Shown here: positions 12,496-27,300 of the stretch, one piece after another
Position numbering within the stretch: the first letter of the stretch is position 1
Layout: each line of letters starts with the position of its first letter
Assembly (NCBI GenBank): GCA_002269645.1
Contig: NIVC01002786.1
Coordinates: 1-64,000, forward strand
Length of the DNA stretch: 64,000 bases
Reading direction: 5' to 3'
DNA from: Macrostomum lignano
Lineage: Eukaryota
Program-made: the position numbers and the translations under genes
The notes under the pieces: model-generated
Told to the model about the DNA's origin: nothing
Database searches by the model: none
The model's input: the letters and a program-made list of their open reading frames with translations, nothing else

Positions 12496-15382
12496 AACTT
12501 CTCTTTAGATTTGGTCATTGACATTACCATTAACATTAACAATGAATTTGTTGTTAACTCACAAAATTATTAGGCCTAATGCTAATATTTTTGTTAATCT
12601 ATTAGTTCAAAAAATCTTAATGGCAGTTTGTTAATAAAAATCTTAATGCTTATTAATGATGCTTATTAATAGACTGGTGCCCAATATAGACTATTGAAGT
12701 CATTTATTAAAAAAGACTGTTTGTAAAATGGTCAAAGTTAAACTTATTTTCTTATCAATTTTAAATATAATATAATATGTTATTATATTTATTTAAAATA
12801 TGATAAACCAAAGTCCAAATTATATGTAAAAAATAATATTTCACTATAACTTTTATCTTTCTATATTAATCACAATATATCATTATGGAAAATAAGTTTT
12901 ACAATATATATACTTGACTATAGTCTACTTTTTTCAAACATTTTTATCTGCCAGCAGACAAGAACACAATAGATTAAATGACCATATTACTTCAATGATA
13001 AATATATATTCATATTTTATTTTAATATTTTTAAAGAAATTTTATTTCTTTAAATTTTGTCAAAGACAAAGGACATGTATAATAAATTTAGCCGCTAATT
13101 TTAATGCAGACCTTCATAAACTCAAATAAATAGAATTATAGATTGTATAGCAGTATTTTTGTCACTAAAATTTGACTACATATGCAGGATGCATTTGACT
13201 TGTTTGAGATGTTACATCTCAGATGTAAACTAACTAAATATGAGAACAGTCGCAATCATACACACAACTGGTAGCCTAACATTGTTTTCTTTGTTTACTC
13301 TTTGCTCAACTTCGTCCTGAAACTTCAATGCTAGATCGGAACGGAACTAGAAAGATCGATGATAAGAATGTGATTCGATTCGGTTAAATATAGACATTAG
13401 TCAATATACCCAGTGCTCATTAAGATCACATGAAGAGCAAAATTAAATATCTGCTATTTCCTGCCTCCCACTTTTCGAAACAGTTTAAACTGCTAGATAA
13501 AATGAGAAAACATTTTTTTGAAAAAACTGCCTTTCTTATATTACAATTTTTCCCTAACAAGCAACAGTAAGCAACTATACGGTAAATTTTGTTATAAATA
13601 TAAAAAAATAACTCTGGGTAAGCAGGAATAAAGTTCGTAGGTAGAAAACGACTATTTATCCCAATAGTTGCTTAAATTTTTCATTATGTTCAAAATATTA
13701 AATAATAAGCTGTCGTTGAATTTTAAATGTTTGCGACAATTTCAAAATTGGTGCACGTGTAGCCTATTGACGTGTAACTTAGAAAATATGTTTACACAAA
13801 TTGATTGAATGATTGTGTAACACAATCGATTTTTAACTACAATTTTTAATAAATCAGACAAGTCAGAAAATATTGACTAGACTAGGTTGTTGTCAATAAT
13901 ATGGCCTATATTAGCCCAAAACAATTAAAGCCTTTTATTTTACTTCAATGAAGGCACTACAGAGTGCACAGACTATAAAATTAGTACTACTAGACTTATA
14001 TGTAGATTATTTATTAGCTAAGCACGATAACAAATTTTCCTAAAACGAATGCATCAAGTTGTGCCATTTATTTTATTTCTGGTAACAATTATATCGTATA
14101 TATAAATATCGTATATTTAAATAATTTAAATTGATATATGCGATATCAATTTATTTAAATTAACTTGGATTCCTGAAAAGCAAGTCATGTCAAAACTCAA
14201 AAGATGAACATTGGATCCTCTTGTGCTGATCAAACCAAAACCTCCATTCTCCATAATAAATTTTTCGCCAAAATTTCCATTGTTTCATTCCCATCCTTCT
14301 GCTTACGCTCGTAGCAGTAGTCTTTTGAGAAAACCTTTGCATATCTTTATCTTCGCATTGCAAGAAGCTTAATATACAGTTATACTTTTAATTCAGATGC
14401 AGATTTCATCAACACTACTAGGAGTTGAAATGTACAAGCACATTGAATTCTTGAAAAAACATGAAAATCGGGCGGAAGCTTCAATCCATCCAATTATGCT
14501 GATCGCCCTCGGCTTCCGCTCTTCCCAATCCCTCCTTCACCCAGCCCAACTCTGCGTTGCGTGGCGCAAGTTGCGTCACTCAAAAGTCAATACTGAACTG
14601 GAATTTACTGCGCACTCTCAAAGGTGGCGACTTTTTAATTCTTTTGAGTGTACGAGCATGCATGCATGTACATGTACTGCATGTATATATTATCCGTATC
14701 TCTGCTATGCAAACGTGCATGTACACAGTTAGGCAGCTGTATGATAAAAATTGGCAGTTTAACAATGGACAGCAAGAACCGATAAGGAAATCCAAAACCG
14801 TAAAAGCTGCACAAGCATGCACGACAAGTGCATATTTGTATAGCTAAAGCTCATGCATTATTTACTAGGCTTCAATTATTTAATAAATTTAAAGTACAAT
14901 TAAGTAACAATTAAAGTAATATAGTAGCAGGCAACTGTTGAAGTCATGCTCTGATGTATGGAAATTGAGACCATGACAACCATTTCTCTGGCATTAATTT
15001 TTGAAAAAAATATGCAGCTAAAGCCAACTGTAGCTGCATCTCCCAGACCAGCAAGTACACGGAGAAGCCTTATTAAATATATATTTTTAAAAATTATAAC
15101 AATAAAGTGAAAAGTACGTGTATTTATTTGAGGAAAGTTAAATGTTCAATAAAGAGATTCAACAAAGAGAGTATAAAATTGCCTTTTCGTGAGAATTATT
15201 GCAATACATTTTTAGAGCTTTAAACATGTAATTAGTAGTGCATAAGCAACAAAAATAAAAGCAAAAAGTGACGCTGTGACATAAGTCATGGATTTTTGTG
15301 ACAAGAAGTGCTTCTGCATGGAAACTTAAATTATAACTTAAAAGTAAATTTGTCCTATCTTCATGTCTGCTAATCGAACGAG

Positions 15383-18300
15383 TCACTGATCAACATTTCC
15401 GGAAGTGTTGCTGGAACTGCCAACCGGATCTCTGCTGCTCATCGCCTGCTGGAGAATTCTGTAGCTCTCAGACTCGGTCGAGAATGGATTTCCCTGCAAG
15501 GGAGTGGCAATTGCTGGCATTTGATTGTACACGGATAACTAGTACTACTGCAGCTAGATGATCGAGACCCTCAGCAGCATATTTGCCTGTAAGCTACTAC
15601 CAGCTCAGTAGTAATGAAACATTTTCAAGCATTTTTATAAAGACACGGCTTATTCATTGGCTCTACCAACATCGCGTCTTTTTACACAGAATCTCTACCC
15701 CAGGTGCCCCACCGCCCATGCAATTTTATTGCCTTCTTCAATGCTCCAGCCTAAAGCTGCAATGTACATTTCAGTGAACTAGCTAATGTACATTATGGCT
15801 GAACGCGAATTAGCAAGTTTGTTTACGCCTGCAAGCTAGCGCCCTGCAGATAAAGACCTGTCTAGAGGCTCTCAGGAGAGCGCAAGGGCGCGCTTGTCGC
15901 ACGATCATGAGCGCCCCTCCGTCTGCTCCTTACGATGGCCTCAACGCCTTCCTCAACATTCCTCCGCTGGACATCTTTGTCCGCAGGGAAGCGGCTAAGA
16001 CTGCCCGCCGTCTAGCTGACGCTGGCATTCGAATCCAGCCCCATAGGGCCATGGCTAAGCGCAAGCTTCTGCCCCACGCTGACCTCTGCCTCAAGGACTT
16101 GAGAGACAGCGGCGGGCTCCACGTCCTATCTGACGGCGAACCCCGCACTCTCAACCTCTTTCAGCGCTACAAGGTCACCATCCCCTCTAGGGATGCTGCC
16201 AATGACCACTGGAATTTCCAGGAGGTCCATTGCTACACGGACGGATCCATCAAAGACGGTCGCGCCGGCTTTGGGGTCTGCATCATCATCAACGGCCGCG
16301 TAATTGCCACGCATGCCCAGCACACTGGTAGACTCTCCACAGTCTTCCAGAACGAAGTCCTTGCCATCAGCTCTTGCGCTGCAGAGCTAAACGCCAAGGT
16401 TACGAGAGGAAAGACTATTGTCATCCACTCCGACAGCCAAGCGGCCTTACAGGCCCTTTGCCACACCACAACGAACTCCCGGACAGTCGCCGACTGCGCC
16501 CGGCAGCTCAACCTCCTGGCCAGAAGCAATACTGTCAGGCTGAAGTGGATCCCAGGGCACGCAGGGTTTCCGGGGAACGAGCTGGCAGACACCCTCGCCA
16601 AGAGGGGCGGCTCTGGCTCTTTTTTCGGCCCTGCCCCCCTGGTCCCTATGCCCTTGACAGTCATCAATCGTCAGATCGACGACTGGGCTGACTCCCTCCA
16701 CAGGGACAGATGGGCGGGCACCCAAAACTGCCGGCAATCTCGTGCCGCGGTTCCTTGCCCGTCTCACAGGCTCAGAAACATCCTTCTGAACCAGAATCGG
16801 AAGGATATTCGAGCCCTTGTCATGACCCTTACCGGCCATGGCTACCTCGCCAGGCACTGCTTCCTCCGAGGCGACCTCGAGAGCGAAATTTGCCCCTTTT
16901 GCGAGTGCGACAATGAAGATGCTCAGCACTTTGTCTGTCACTGCCCTTTCTTTAACAGAGACCGGCTACGCTACCTCGGGCCGAACCCGTCCATTGACGA
17001 GGTTTGCCAGCCCGACAGCATCCCACGGCTCATCCAGTTCCTTCGGGCGACTAGACGAGCCAGTTTCTTCCCAACGGAAGATCACGCTGCAGGACGGACC
17101 GGCGGACCACCCTGACCGGCCCCACGCCTCTGCCTGTCTGCGGGCCTTCAGGGGCTAGCGGAATGGGCGACCCTCGCCTCCCCGCTGTGTCTACGGACCA
17201 CCCTGCAGCTAAGTCAAGTCAAGTCAAAGTCAAGTAAGGCCCCACCGCCCATGCAATTTTATTGCCTTCTTCAATGCTCCAGCCTAAAGCTGCAATGTAC
17301 ATTTCAGTGAACTAGCTAATGTACATTATGGCTGAACGCGAATTAGCAAGTTTGTTTACGCCTGCAAGCTTGGGTTTTAAACTTATCAAAGTCATTTCAG
17401 CTGGCTTTATTTTTACAAAATAGCTTATGTATTCTTCATAGCTACTGAACTAAAAGTAGACAGAGAACTGAGAGTCGGTGAAAGTCGGCTTGAAACTTAA
17501 AATCAAATTCGAATAAAATTTCAAAAAAATGTCAGGATAAGATCATAGTGGGGGACTTTACAGCTTCCGTCTCACCTGTAGCAGAAGCTTCATCAGTCCC
17601 GTGCCGTTCACCTTCTGCTTGCTCATGTAGGCCAGCTGGTAACTGACGGCCGTCTTCCACTGCAGCACGCCTTTGTCCGTGATCAGGTTTCCTGCAAGCA
17701 AGATAAAGATTGAGCAGGGTTTTTGTGTCAGCGCGTGGCATGATGATGAGATATACCAACTTATCCTGAATTTTGACACCGAATGCCATATATTGGCACT
17801 CAGTTAATTCCAAGCTGTTTAATTTAGATTTCATATTTTCTGTAATTCCATATTTCATTTGAAGCGTTAATAGTTTTATACTTATTGTCTTACACTCGAT
17901 TTTCTTAGAAATGAGAGCTGGAAGCCAATATAGAACGTTTAAAGAAGTATATAACCTTTATGGCAGAAGGCAAATGGCAGAGAAAGGATGAGGACGCGGT
18001 TCTCAAGCCTTAGATAAACGCGTCCAAAGTTTTTTGCCATAGACACCAAAAGAACAGGCAAAGATTATTGGTATAGATCATTGTATACTTAATCTACAGA
18101 TGTCAGAAGCCCCATCACATAAGCGTCTATGGCCAAGCCTCACTAAAACGAAGCCTGAGAACTCGAAACGAGGCCAATTAACCAGTTGACAGGACCAGTT
18201 GACATCTAATTTGGTCCAACAAGCATCAATTTGGTCCAAACACTCGTAAGCCATTCGGGAAATTCTTGCCTTCTCGCAACCGTCTGCAGGTTGTTGCGTA

Positions 18301-21300
18301 CTGCTGGAATGTCAGCGTCTCTATACCAACAATTTTCAGTCGCTTTTCCAGAGCTCTGGTAATAGTAAAAATCTGATAACCAACTGCAACTGTTCCTTCA
18401 TCTTCTGCTGCATTTTCTGCAATATTAACAAAGGCTTCGTCTCAACTGCATTGAGTAGCAGCTGGACCTGAGGCTCTCACAACTTGCCTTGGCGATAGTC
18501 ATAATTTCGCAGGCTATCTCTGCCGGTAGAGTTTCAACGCACTGATGGATGCTGCATACCATATTTTCTTTTACATTCAGCAACCTTGCAATGTACTTTG
18601 GGTGCTCACCTCTGTCGAGTGCTTCGATCACAAGCCAATGGCATTTGTTCAACAGCCCAGCATATATGGTCCACAATTCTCAGCAGTTGCAAATGCCCTA
18701 TGGACCAAATTGATGCTTGTTGTACCAAATTAAATGCCGCTGTGCCAGCCTTGCTACCATAGACAAAAGCTCCGTTACATTGGCAAACCTATCTTGGATT
18801 AAAATAAATGCGCGTAGGCCCAAATGGGCCGCAAAAAGCTATACTAGAGATCGCATAGCGCTGAATTAAGTCCATAGACGATCCTTAATTAGCGACCTTC
18901 AGCTCGGTTCTAAGAAAATCAAGTGTAGCTTATCCCCCTACTTCAAGCTGTCCATGAGGACGCTTAAAGCATCGCCCAGTACAAAAGTGCATCTGGATTA
19001 AAGTGGACGCACTCGATAGATTGAGCAGTGTCAGCACGTGGTTGCCAGGGACCAGCAGGTATCCAGGCGCGTAGGCCGTGTCCACTCGCTCGAGCAGTGG
19101 ATGGTCAGAGTCGGGCGGCTGCGACTCCTGTTGGAATTGCGGCGAACAGAACAAATTTTAAACTGCATTGCGTTCAATAAAGATCCTGGATCCTAAAAAA
19201 GTCTCTGGTACTTTTGATCCATCTGTCGAAAATGCGTCTTTTCTCTCTTGAACTTCCAGACTTCCCGATGTTGACTGTCGCGGGCCGGAGCCAAAATCGC
19301 TCGCTCTACAAGCGCCCAGTAAGTAAATTTTTGTGCATAAGCCCCAAATCAAAGTGGCTGCACAGGGAATCGAACTCAGGTACTAAATCGCACTACTAAC
19401 CGCTGAGCTATCCAGCCCCATACTTGGACGTCGGCTCTTGAAACTTTTATAGCAAAACTGATATTTATAGCAACTATTTTCTTAACTTGCTACTGAACAG
19501 ACAGTTCAGTAGTACAAACAGATCAGCCGCTCACCTCCTGGTCCAGCTGCAGGGGCGTTGAGACTTTCACGCGGCCGCCACCGCTGCTGCTGCTGTTGTT
19601 GCCGCCCTTTCCTTTGCCGGACTTCAGAGTGGCTGCTGAACTTTTCGAATCCTTCTCGGAGGCTTGAGCACCTGCGGATTCGGTGTATACGTGCACATGT
19701 AAATTGGAAAGCTGGTCTGTCTTCTTTAATTGGAAGAAATTAGCCAATGAGATCGAAAAAAATTGGGGCTGATTTAATGCGCAATTATAACAAACCTTTT
19801 CCATTTCAACTTTACAAGCAGTAGAAGCATTTAAAAGTTGCACAAGTTAAAAATTAGTAGCGATGAAATTTTATTGACTACGCTACTTACAGTAAAGGAT
19901 AAGGAAATTGTGCGAGAAATTGGGAAGATAAAGAATAAATATTCTACGTTACTACAGCTAAAATAATGAATTAAATTAATGACGACATCTCAGAATAACT
20001 TTTCACCTTTTCCTTTGGCTTTAGAATCTTCTTTTTGAGCTTTGTTCTTGGCCTTCTCTTCTGGCTTTGCTTTGTCGTCCTGCAATTAAGGTAGAGTAGG
20101 GGAGATGAGACAGAGATGAAAGGTAGATGTGACTGAGATGAGATCGAGATGGATAGTAGATGAGATCTAGAGAAAGGGATGTAGGTGAGATCGAGATGGG
20201 ATGGAAATGAGACTGAGGTGGGAGGAAGATCGAGATGGGAGGGAGAGGGATAATAAACATGGTAGTTAGACGATAATCTGAGACAGGGACACGGTTCACA
20301 TCTAAACGAAAGTACATCAAGTACTCTCAGCATTGTACTTAAAGTACGTGTCAGGAACTCTGATTACAAAAATCTAGAAGGGCAAGTAATATAATAATAA
20401 AAGAGCTCACTAAACATGCGCCTAACATCACGCGTACCTTCTTTCCTTTTCCAGGCGTTTTGCCGGTGCCGCCTGTCCGTCCGAGCTTCTCCTGGCCGGA
20501 CCGGACACTGACGGGCCGGTCGGCGGCGCCGCGGCGACTGGGCGGGGGCTGCGCGAGAGGCGAAAGGACGGGCCATGGACTTTTAATGAATGAACTACTA
20601 AATGCCAGCAAGCTCATGCAGTTAGCTTATAATTAAGCTTAGTGATAGTTTTAAATCGCTGCGCAAAAATAAATATCGTTTAGCCCTGTCAAACAATGCA
20701 GAATAACAAAGAGTACTTGCGTCATGCATTTGTTTAGTTTTGTTTTTCAATAAGTAAATCAAAAGTGAAATTTTAAGGGATTTTTTGTTTCTAATTTTCC
20801 TCTCGTTACCAAGGACTCATTCTCGGAGGGCAACTCCGAAGAAAAGTTCAAAGTGAACTTCACTTGTCGCCTCTGCAAATCCAGGACGCAATGAACTTTT
20901 GTTAAAGTAATTTGTTTTCTCATTAATCTCGTAATTACTCTCAAATTAAGAGAATTATGTTCACAAACAGATGTAAAGTTTTAGTCTGCAAGAGCAATTA
21001 AGAAGGCAAAAGGCCGAGGCTCATTGGCTCTTACCCCCAAGCTTAAACGGGTCTATGACATTTTCCCGCAAGAAGTTTTCCCGCTGAGGTTTTCCTCGCT
21101 GCGGGAAAATCTCGCGGGGGAAACCTAGGCGGAAAAACTTCCTGTAGGAAATTCTCGTGCTCCCGCCTAAACACTCCAACCGCGCCTTTCCACACTACCC
21201 CCCGCCGCCGACCCGCTCCGCACCAATTTTTATTGCCTTTCTCGGAATTCCAGCCCAAAGCTGCCATGTACATTTCAGTGGACTGGCTAATGTACATTAT

Positions 21301-24300
21301 TGCTGAACCAATTAGCAAATTGCTTACGCCTGCAAGCTTGGGCTTCTAAACTTATCGAAGTCATTTTAGCTGGCTTTATTTTTATAAAATGCTTATGTAC
21401 TCTTCTTTGCTGCGCTATTATAGTTGCTAACTGAATTGTTTACTCTACTTTTTTATAGTTTCAAACTAAAATTAAATACAAAACAAATTAGGCTTATTTT
21501 CATTGCAAATGCATATTAGCAAGTGTGTTAAAAACAAATAATTATTTATCAATTAGCAATTATAACAATTAAAATGCAACAGAAACTATATTGCGACTTA
21601 AAAATGAATTATGTCTATAGTTCCTCAAGCAGATAGTTAAGCAGCAAAACAGGGCGCCACTGTCATGTCATTATATTGTACTAAATTATAGCTACCGTCA
21701 CTGCTGATGACGAGGGCCGACTCTGACAGCTTTCTGGCTGCAAGAAATTTAAGAAAAATCAATCACTTCATGTACCTGTAAAGAGATTAAAATAGAAATT
21801 GAAACAGACAATTGCTAATTGTTAGCTGTTGCAGGCATAGAAAATCGAAAAATAACGTGTGCCAAAGTTAAAATTCGGTTATACTCGTGTAAATGTTTTT
21901 TAACTCAACCTCTGCTAGCTCTTGCGGTCCATGATTGGAACCCTGGAGGACAGGAGCGTCTGAGCACTTTTTGTCTTTGGAAGAGGGTAGCTTATTGAAC
22001 CCTGGATGAGGGAGGGTACTTCGTAGCTTATTGGATCCTGGATAAGAGTAACTTATTGAACCCTGGATGAGGGCAGCTTATTGGACCCTGGATGAGAGTA
22101 GCTTATTGGACCCTGGATAAGGACAGCTTATTGAACCCTGGATGAGGGTAGCTTATTGGACCCTGGATGAGGGTAGCTTATTGGACCCTGGATGAGGGTA
22201 GCTTACTGGACCCTGGATGAGGGTAGCTTATTGAACCCTGGATGAGGGTAGCTTATTAGTCCCTGGACGAGGGCAGCTTATTGGACCCTGGAGTTGTGTC
22301 TATGAAGGCCATAAAACCAACCGGATGGTTAACCGTAAATAAGAAAACAGTAAAAATGCAGATATTGTTCGAATCGTGGAGAAGATAAAAAAGTGAAGAG
22401 TTCAGTTTAGCCAGTTAGAACTCAAGTTTAGAATAGCAGTTTACAATGTACATGTACATAAGGAGACATAAAATACACATAGAACACTGAACTGGCGCCT
22501 CTGGTTCGACAGTCTCACCTCGGCCGACTTAAAACGATGCGTTTTAACAAATTTTCGAGTGTGAGTGAGGGGGAGAGTTGCGTCGTTAAACTCTGCTTTG
22601 CAGCGATCGAACTCGCAGCGATATTGGCACGGCTCAAATAACTCACTAATCGGGTGGCGGTGCTTCCAGAGAAAACTGACTGAGTGAGCAGGGTGGCATG
22701 CGAAGCGGTGAACTGGCTCGCGTCACCGCTGCTCAAGTCACTCACGCTGAGTCCTGTGCGTCTCTCCGCTGCGGTTGACAGAAGCCTGCGGCGTTCGACA
22801 GTCTCCTCGTGCGTCAGGTAGAACCTGGAGCAGGACTCGGCGAGGGCGGTGGCGCCCCGGTCTGACACGCGATTGTTGCTTAGCGACAGGTGGATCAGGG
22901 TGCGGTTGGTGCGCAGAGCCTGTCAAGAGGGATGCCATTGTTTGTATTGGCTTTGCATGCAAGCATTGGGCAGCCAGGAAATGCTTTTACGTAGCTCTGT
23001 AAAATGAGATTTCAGTGGCTGAATGGGAGTGCAATTATCATAAGGGAGGGTTGTACTGTTCACAGGGAGGGTTGTACTGTTCACAGGGAGGGTTGTACTG
23101 ATCACAGGGAGGGTTGTACTGTTCACAGGGAGGGTTGTACTGATCACAGGGAGGGTTGTACTGTTCACAGGGAGGGTTGTACTCTTCACAGGGAGGGTTG
23201 TACTGTTCACAGGGAGGGTTGTACTGATCACAGGGAGGGTTGTACTCTTCACAGGGAGGGTTGTACTGTTCACAGTGAGGGTTGTACTGTTCACAGGGAG
23301 GGTTGTACTGATCACAGGGGGGGGGGGTTGTACTGTTCACAGGGAGGGTTGTACTGTTCACAGGGAGGGTTGTACTGTTCACAGGGAGGGTTGTACTGTT
23401 CACAGGGAGGGTTGCAATGATCCCAGAAGGGTTGCAGGGATCTCAGAAGGGTTGCAGGGATCTCAAAAGGGTTGCAAAGCTGCAGACCTGAGCCAGAGCC
23501 GTGGCCCCGCCGTCCTGCACGCAGTTGGAGGACAGGTCCAGCGACACCAGCTTCGATGGCGGGTCGCGCAGTCCGCTGAGCTGTTCGCTAATTCTCGCTG
23601 CACCAGCATCCGTGATCTGGTTGAAGCGGAGCTGCAGCTTGGTGAGGCTGGATGAGGATGTAGATGCATTGCTATTGAAAATTCTCGTATATCAAAACGA
23701 TCATCAGCATTGTATGTGCAAGTATAGGAGCTATAAATCATAAGCCTGTTAGCTGTTAGCAGAAGGGTTGCAATGATCACAGGGAGGTTTGCAATGATCA
23801 CAGGGAGGTTTGCAATGATCACAGGGAGGTTTGCAATGATCACAGGGAGGTTTGCAATGATCACAGGGAGGTTTGCAATGATCACAGGGAGGTTTGCAAT
23901 GATCACAGAGAGGTTTGCAATGATCACAGGGAGGTTTGCAATGATCACAGGGAGGTTTGCAATGATTGCAAATCTGCAAACAGAAATCCCAAATCTGCAA
24001 TAAGAAATCCCAAATCTTCCATCAGAAATCCCAAATCTGCAATCAGATCCCAAATCTTCCATCAGAAATCCCAAATCTGCAATCAGATCCCAAATCTTCC
24101 ATCAGAAATCCCAAATCTGTAATCATATCCCAAATATGCAATCAGAAATCCCAAATATGCAATCAGAAATCCCAAATCTGCAATTAGAAATCCCAAATCT
24201 GCAATCAGAAATCCCAAATCTGCAATCAGATCCCAAATCTTCCATCAGAAATCTTAAATCTGCAATCAGAAATCCCAAATCTGCAATCAGATCCCAAATC

Positions 24301-27300
24301 TGCAATGAGATCTCAAATATGCAATCAGAAATCCCAAATCTGCAATCAGAAATCCTAAATATGCAATCAGAAATCCCAAATCTGCAATCAGAAATCCTAA
24401 ATCTGCAATCAGAAATCTCAAATATGCAAATCAGAAATCTCAAATATGCAATCAGAAATCTCAAATATGCAATCAGAAATTTCAAATATGCAATCAGAAA
24501 TTTCAAATATGCAATCAGAAATCTCAAATATGCAAATCAGAAATATCAAATATGCAAATCAGAAATTTCAAATATGCAATCAGAAATCTCAAATATGCAA
24601 TCAGAAATATCAAATATGCAAATCAGAAATCTCAAATATGCAATCAGAAATCTCAAATATGCAATCAGAAATTTCAAATATGCAATCAGAAATCTCAAAT
24701 ATGCAATCAGAAATTTCAAATATGCAAATCAGAAATCTCAAATATGCAATCAGAAATTTCAAATATGCAAATCAGAAATCTCAAATATGCAATCAGAAAT
24801 CCCAAACCTGCAATCAGAAAAGCCGAGCTCCTGCACTCACTTGCTGTCCACCCGAATCAGGTCGGCATAGTTCTCGTCAGTCACGTGACCATTTGCTTCG
24901 AGCGACAGACAGCGCACAGAGTCCAGCTGGCGGAGCAGCTCCGCCAACTCGGCGATGACTTCAGCGCTGGCGGCCACTCGCCAGAATCTGCAAAATCAAA
25001 TTAGTTGATGAGATGAAGTTCCCTGAGTCTGCTGAAGTGGCACAGGTCAGACCCCTGAGGAGTGGCACAGGTCAGACCCCTGAGGAATGGTACAGGTCAG
25101 ACCCCTGAGGAGTGGCACAGGTCAGACCCCTGCAGATTGGCACAGGTCAGACCCCTGCAGAGTGGCACAGGTCAGACCCCTGCAGAGTGGCACAGGTCAG
25201 ACCCCTGCAGATTGGCACAGGTCAGACCCCTGCAGAGTGGCACAGGTCAGACCCCTGCAGATTGGCACAGGTCAGACCCCTGTAGAGTGGCACAGGTCAG
25301 ACCCCTGCAGATTGGCACAGGTCAGACCCCTGCAGAGTGGCACAGGTCAGACCCCTGTAGAGTGGCACAGGTCAGACCCCTGCAGATTGGCACAGGTCAG
25401 ACCCCTGCAGAGTGGCACAGGTCAGACCCCTGCAGATTGGCACAGGTCAGACCCCTGTAGAGTGGCACAGGTCAGACCCCTGCAGATTGGCACAGGTCAG
25501 ACCCCTGCAGAGTGGCACAGGTCAGACCCCTGCAGAGTGGCACAGGTCAGACCCCTGCAGAGTGGCACAGGTCAGACCCCTGCAGAGTGGCACAGGTCAG
25601 ACCCCTGCAGAGTGGCACAGGTCAGACCCCTGTAGAGTGGCACAGGTCAGACCCCTGCAGATTGGCACAGGTCAGACCCCTGCAGAGTGGCACAGGTCAG
25701 ACCCCTGCAGATTGGCACAGGTCAGACCCCTGTAGAGTGGCACAGGTCAGACCCCTGCAGATTGGCACAGGTCAGACCCCTGCAGAGTGGCACAGGTCAG
25801 ACCCCTGCAGAGTGGCACAGGTCAGACCCCTGCAGAGTGGCACAGGTCAGACCCCTGCAGAGTGGCACAGGTCAGACCCCTGCAGAGTGGCACAGGTCAG
25901 ACCCCTGCAGAGTGGCACCAGAGCTACAGAAATCTCACACAATGGTGTGCAGCCGATTCAGCTTCTCAAAACAGCGGCCGAGAGTTTTAAGCATGGGCAA
26001 CTCCAGCTTCCAGTTTTTGGCGTGCACCTCGGACACCGTGTCCGGCTTGTCCGGATTCTCCAAGTCGATGTGGACGCAGGGCTTCATCAAGTCCAAGTAG
26101 TACTTCACTGTGAACGTCTTCGGCTTGAAGCCCAGCTGCTCGATAACGGCTGTTAGGCAAGGAAAATTTCGGTATGTAGGCCGTATTCAAAATGTGCTAC
26201 TCTTCAGTAGAATGGTTGGGGTTTTAACTTTATTTAATGGTCGCTACAATGATGAAAATTATTTTACAAATGCTAGTCACGGAATTCGAGAAAACTTGGG
26301 TTTGAGTAAAAATTCGATGCATTCCAAAATTCACTCTCGAAGTCTGCAGGCTTTGGTGACTACGAGCTATTAAGTAGTATGCGTCAGTAGTGAATTGTAA
26401 AAAATCTGTTGAAAACTTCATGTCAGTAAGTGTTACGCTTGGATACATGCTGCCATACTCGATTATTTGTGAGAATGATTTCGGTGACGTGAATATACAT
26501 TTTAGTGACTGATTCGCGGTGAAGGCAAAAACAACAGATACTGTAATATCTAGATGAGCCACTCATCCTACAAGCAATTGGCGTGTAAGCTACTTCCGTT
26601 CAGTAGTAAGTTTATTTCTCGTAGAAGCATTTTAATGTATTTTAGGACAAGACACGTTTATTGGCCCCTCACCCTAGCCGAACCCTTCAACAAGACCTCT
26701 TCTACCCCACTCAATTTTTATTGCCTTCCTCGGTTTTATAGTCGCATGTACATTTATTTACATTTCAGTGGCGCGCTGGCTAATGTACATTACGGCTGAA
26801 CTAATTAGATATTTGTTTACGTCTACAAGCGTGGCTTGCTTTATTTTTTATAAAACAGCTTATATACTCCTTTTTTCTACTGAACTGGAAGTAGAAAGTT
26901 GTTTTACTACTATGCATTTATGCCTAAGTGGCCCATCTAGTTTTAGTATCTGTGGGTAAAGGAGATTTCACTTTAAATCTTTGGCTTGCATTGGCTATGA
27001 ATAAAAAACTACTGGAAGCAGGCCTGTAATGCTCCCTCATCTTGCTCGTGGATGTCCAATAAAGTTGTCTCTGTTTACCTGCATCGTCAACAGCCTGGTG
27101 GCTGCTGCATTCTTCCAGCACGTCAGGGTCTTGAGCACGGGGAGGTGGAACCAATGAGAACTCAATTAGCTTAATTTAAATAGCATGCAATTTAACTTCA
27201 GAATCTGCAACATGTGCCTGTCCCCTCCGACAGGTGGGACTTAAACAGGTGGGATACCCCTACAACAGGTGAGATTCAAACAGGTAGGGATATCCCCTGA

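Noticed and set aside
11281-12740. Possible degenerate MULE transposon (YFFET*, NIAESY fragments; TGACCATTTT ends)
   Set aside because: Too decayed to call without a profile search; mentioned only under the CpG-free blocks.
19345-19419. Possible tRNA gene
   Set aside because: The anticodon arm is too short and the T-stem is mispaired; better explained as a SINE head.
25035-25918. CRISPR-like array of highly regular repeats (also 33955, 47560, 61122)
   Set aside because: Units are head-to-tail with no unique spacers, there are no cas genes, and the context is eukaryotic intron.
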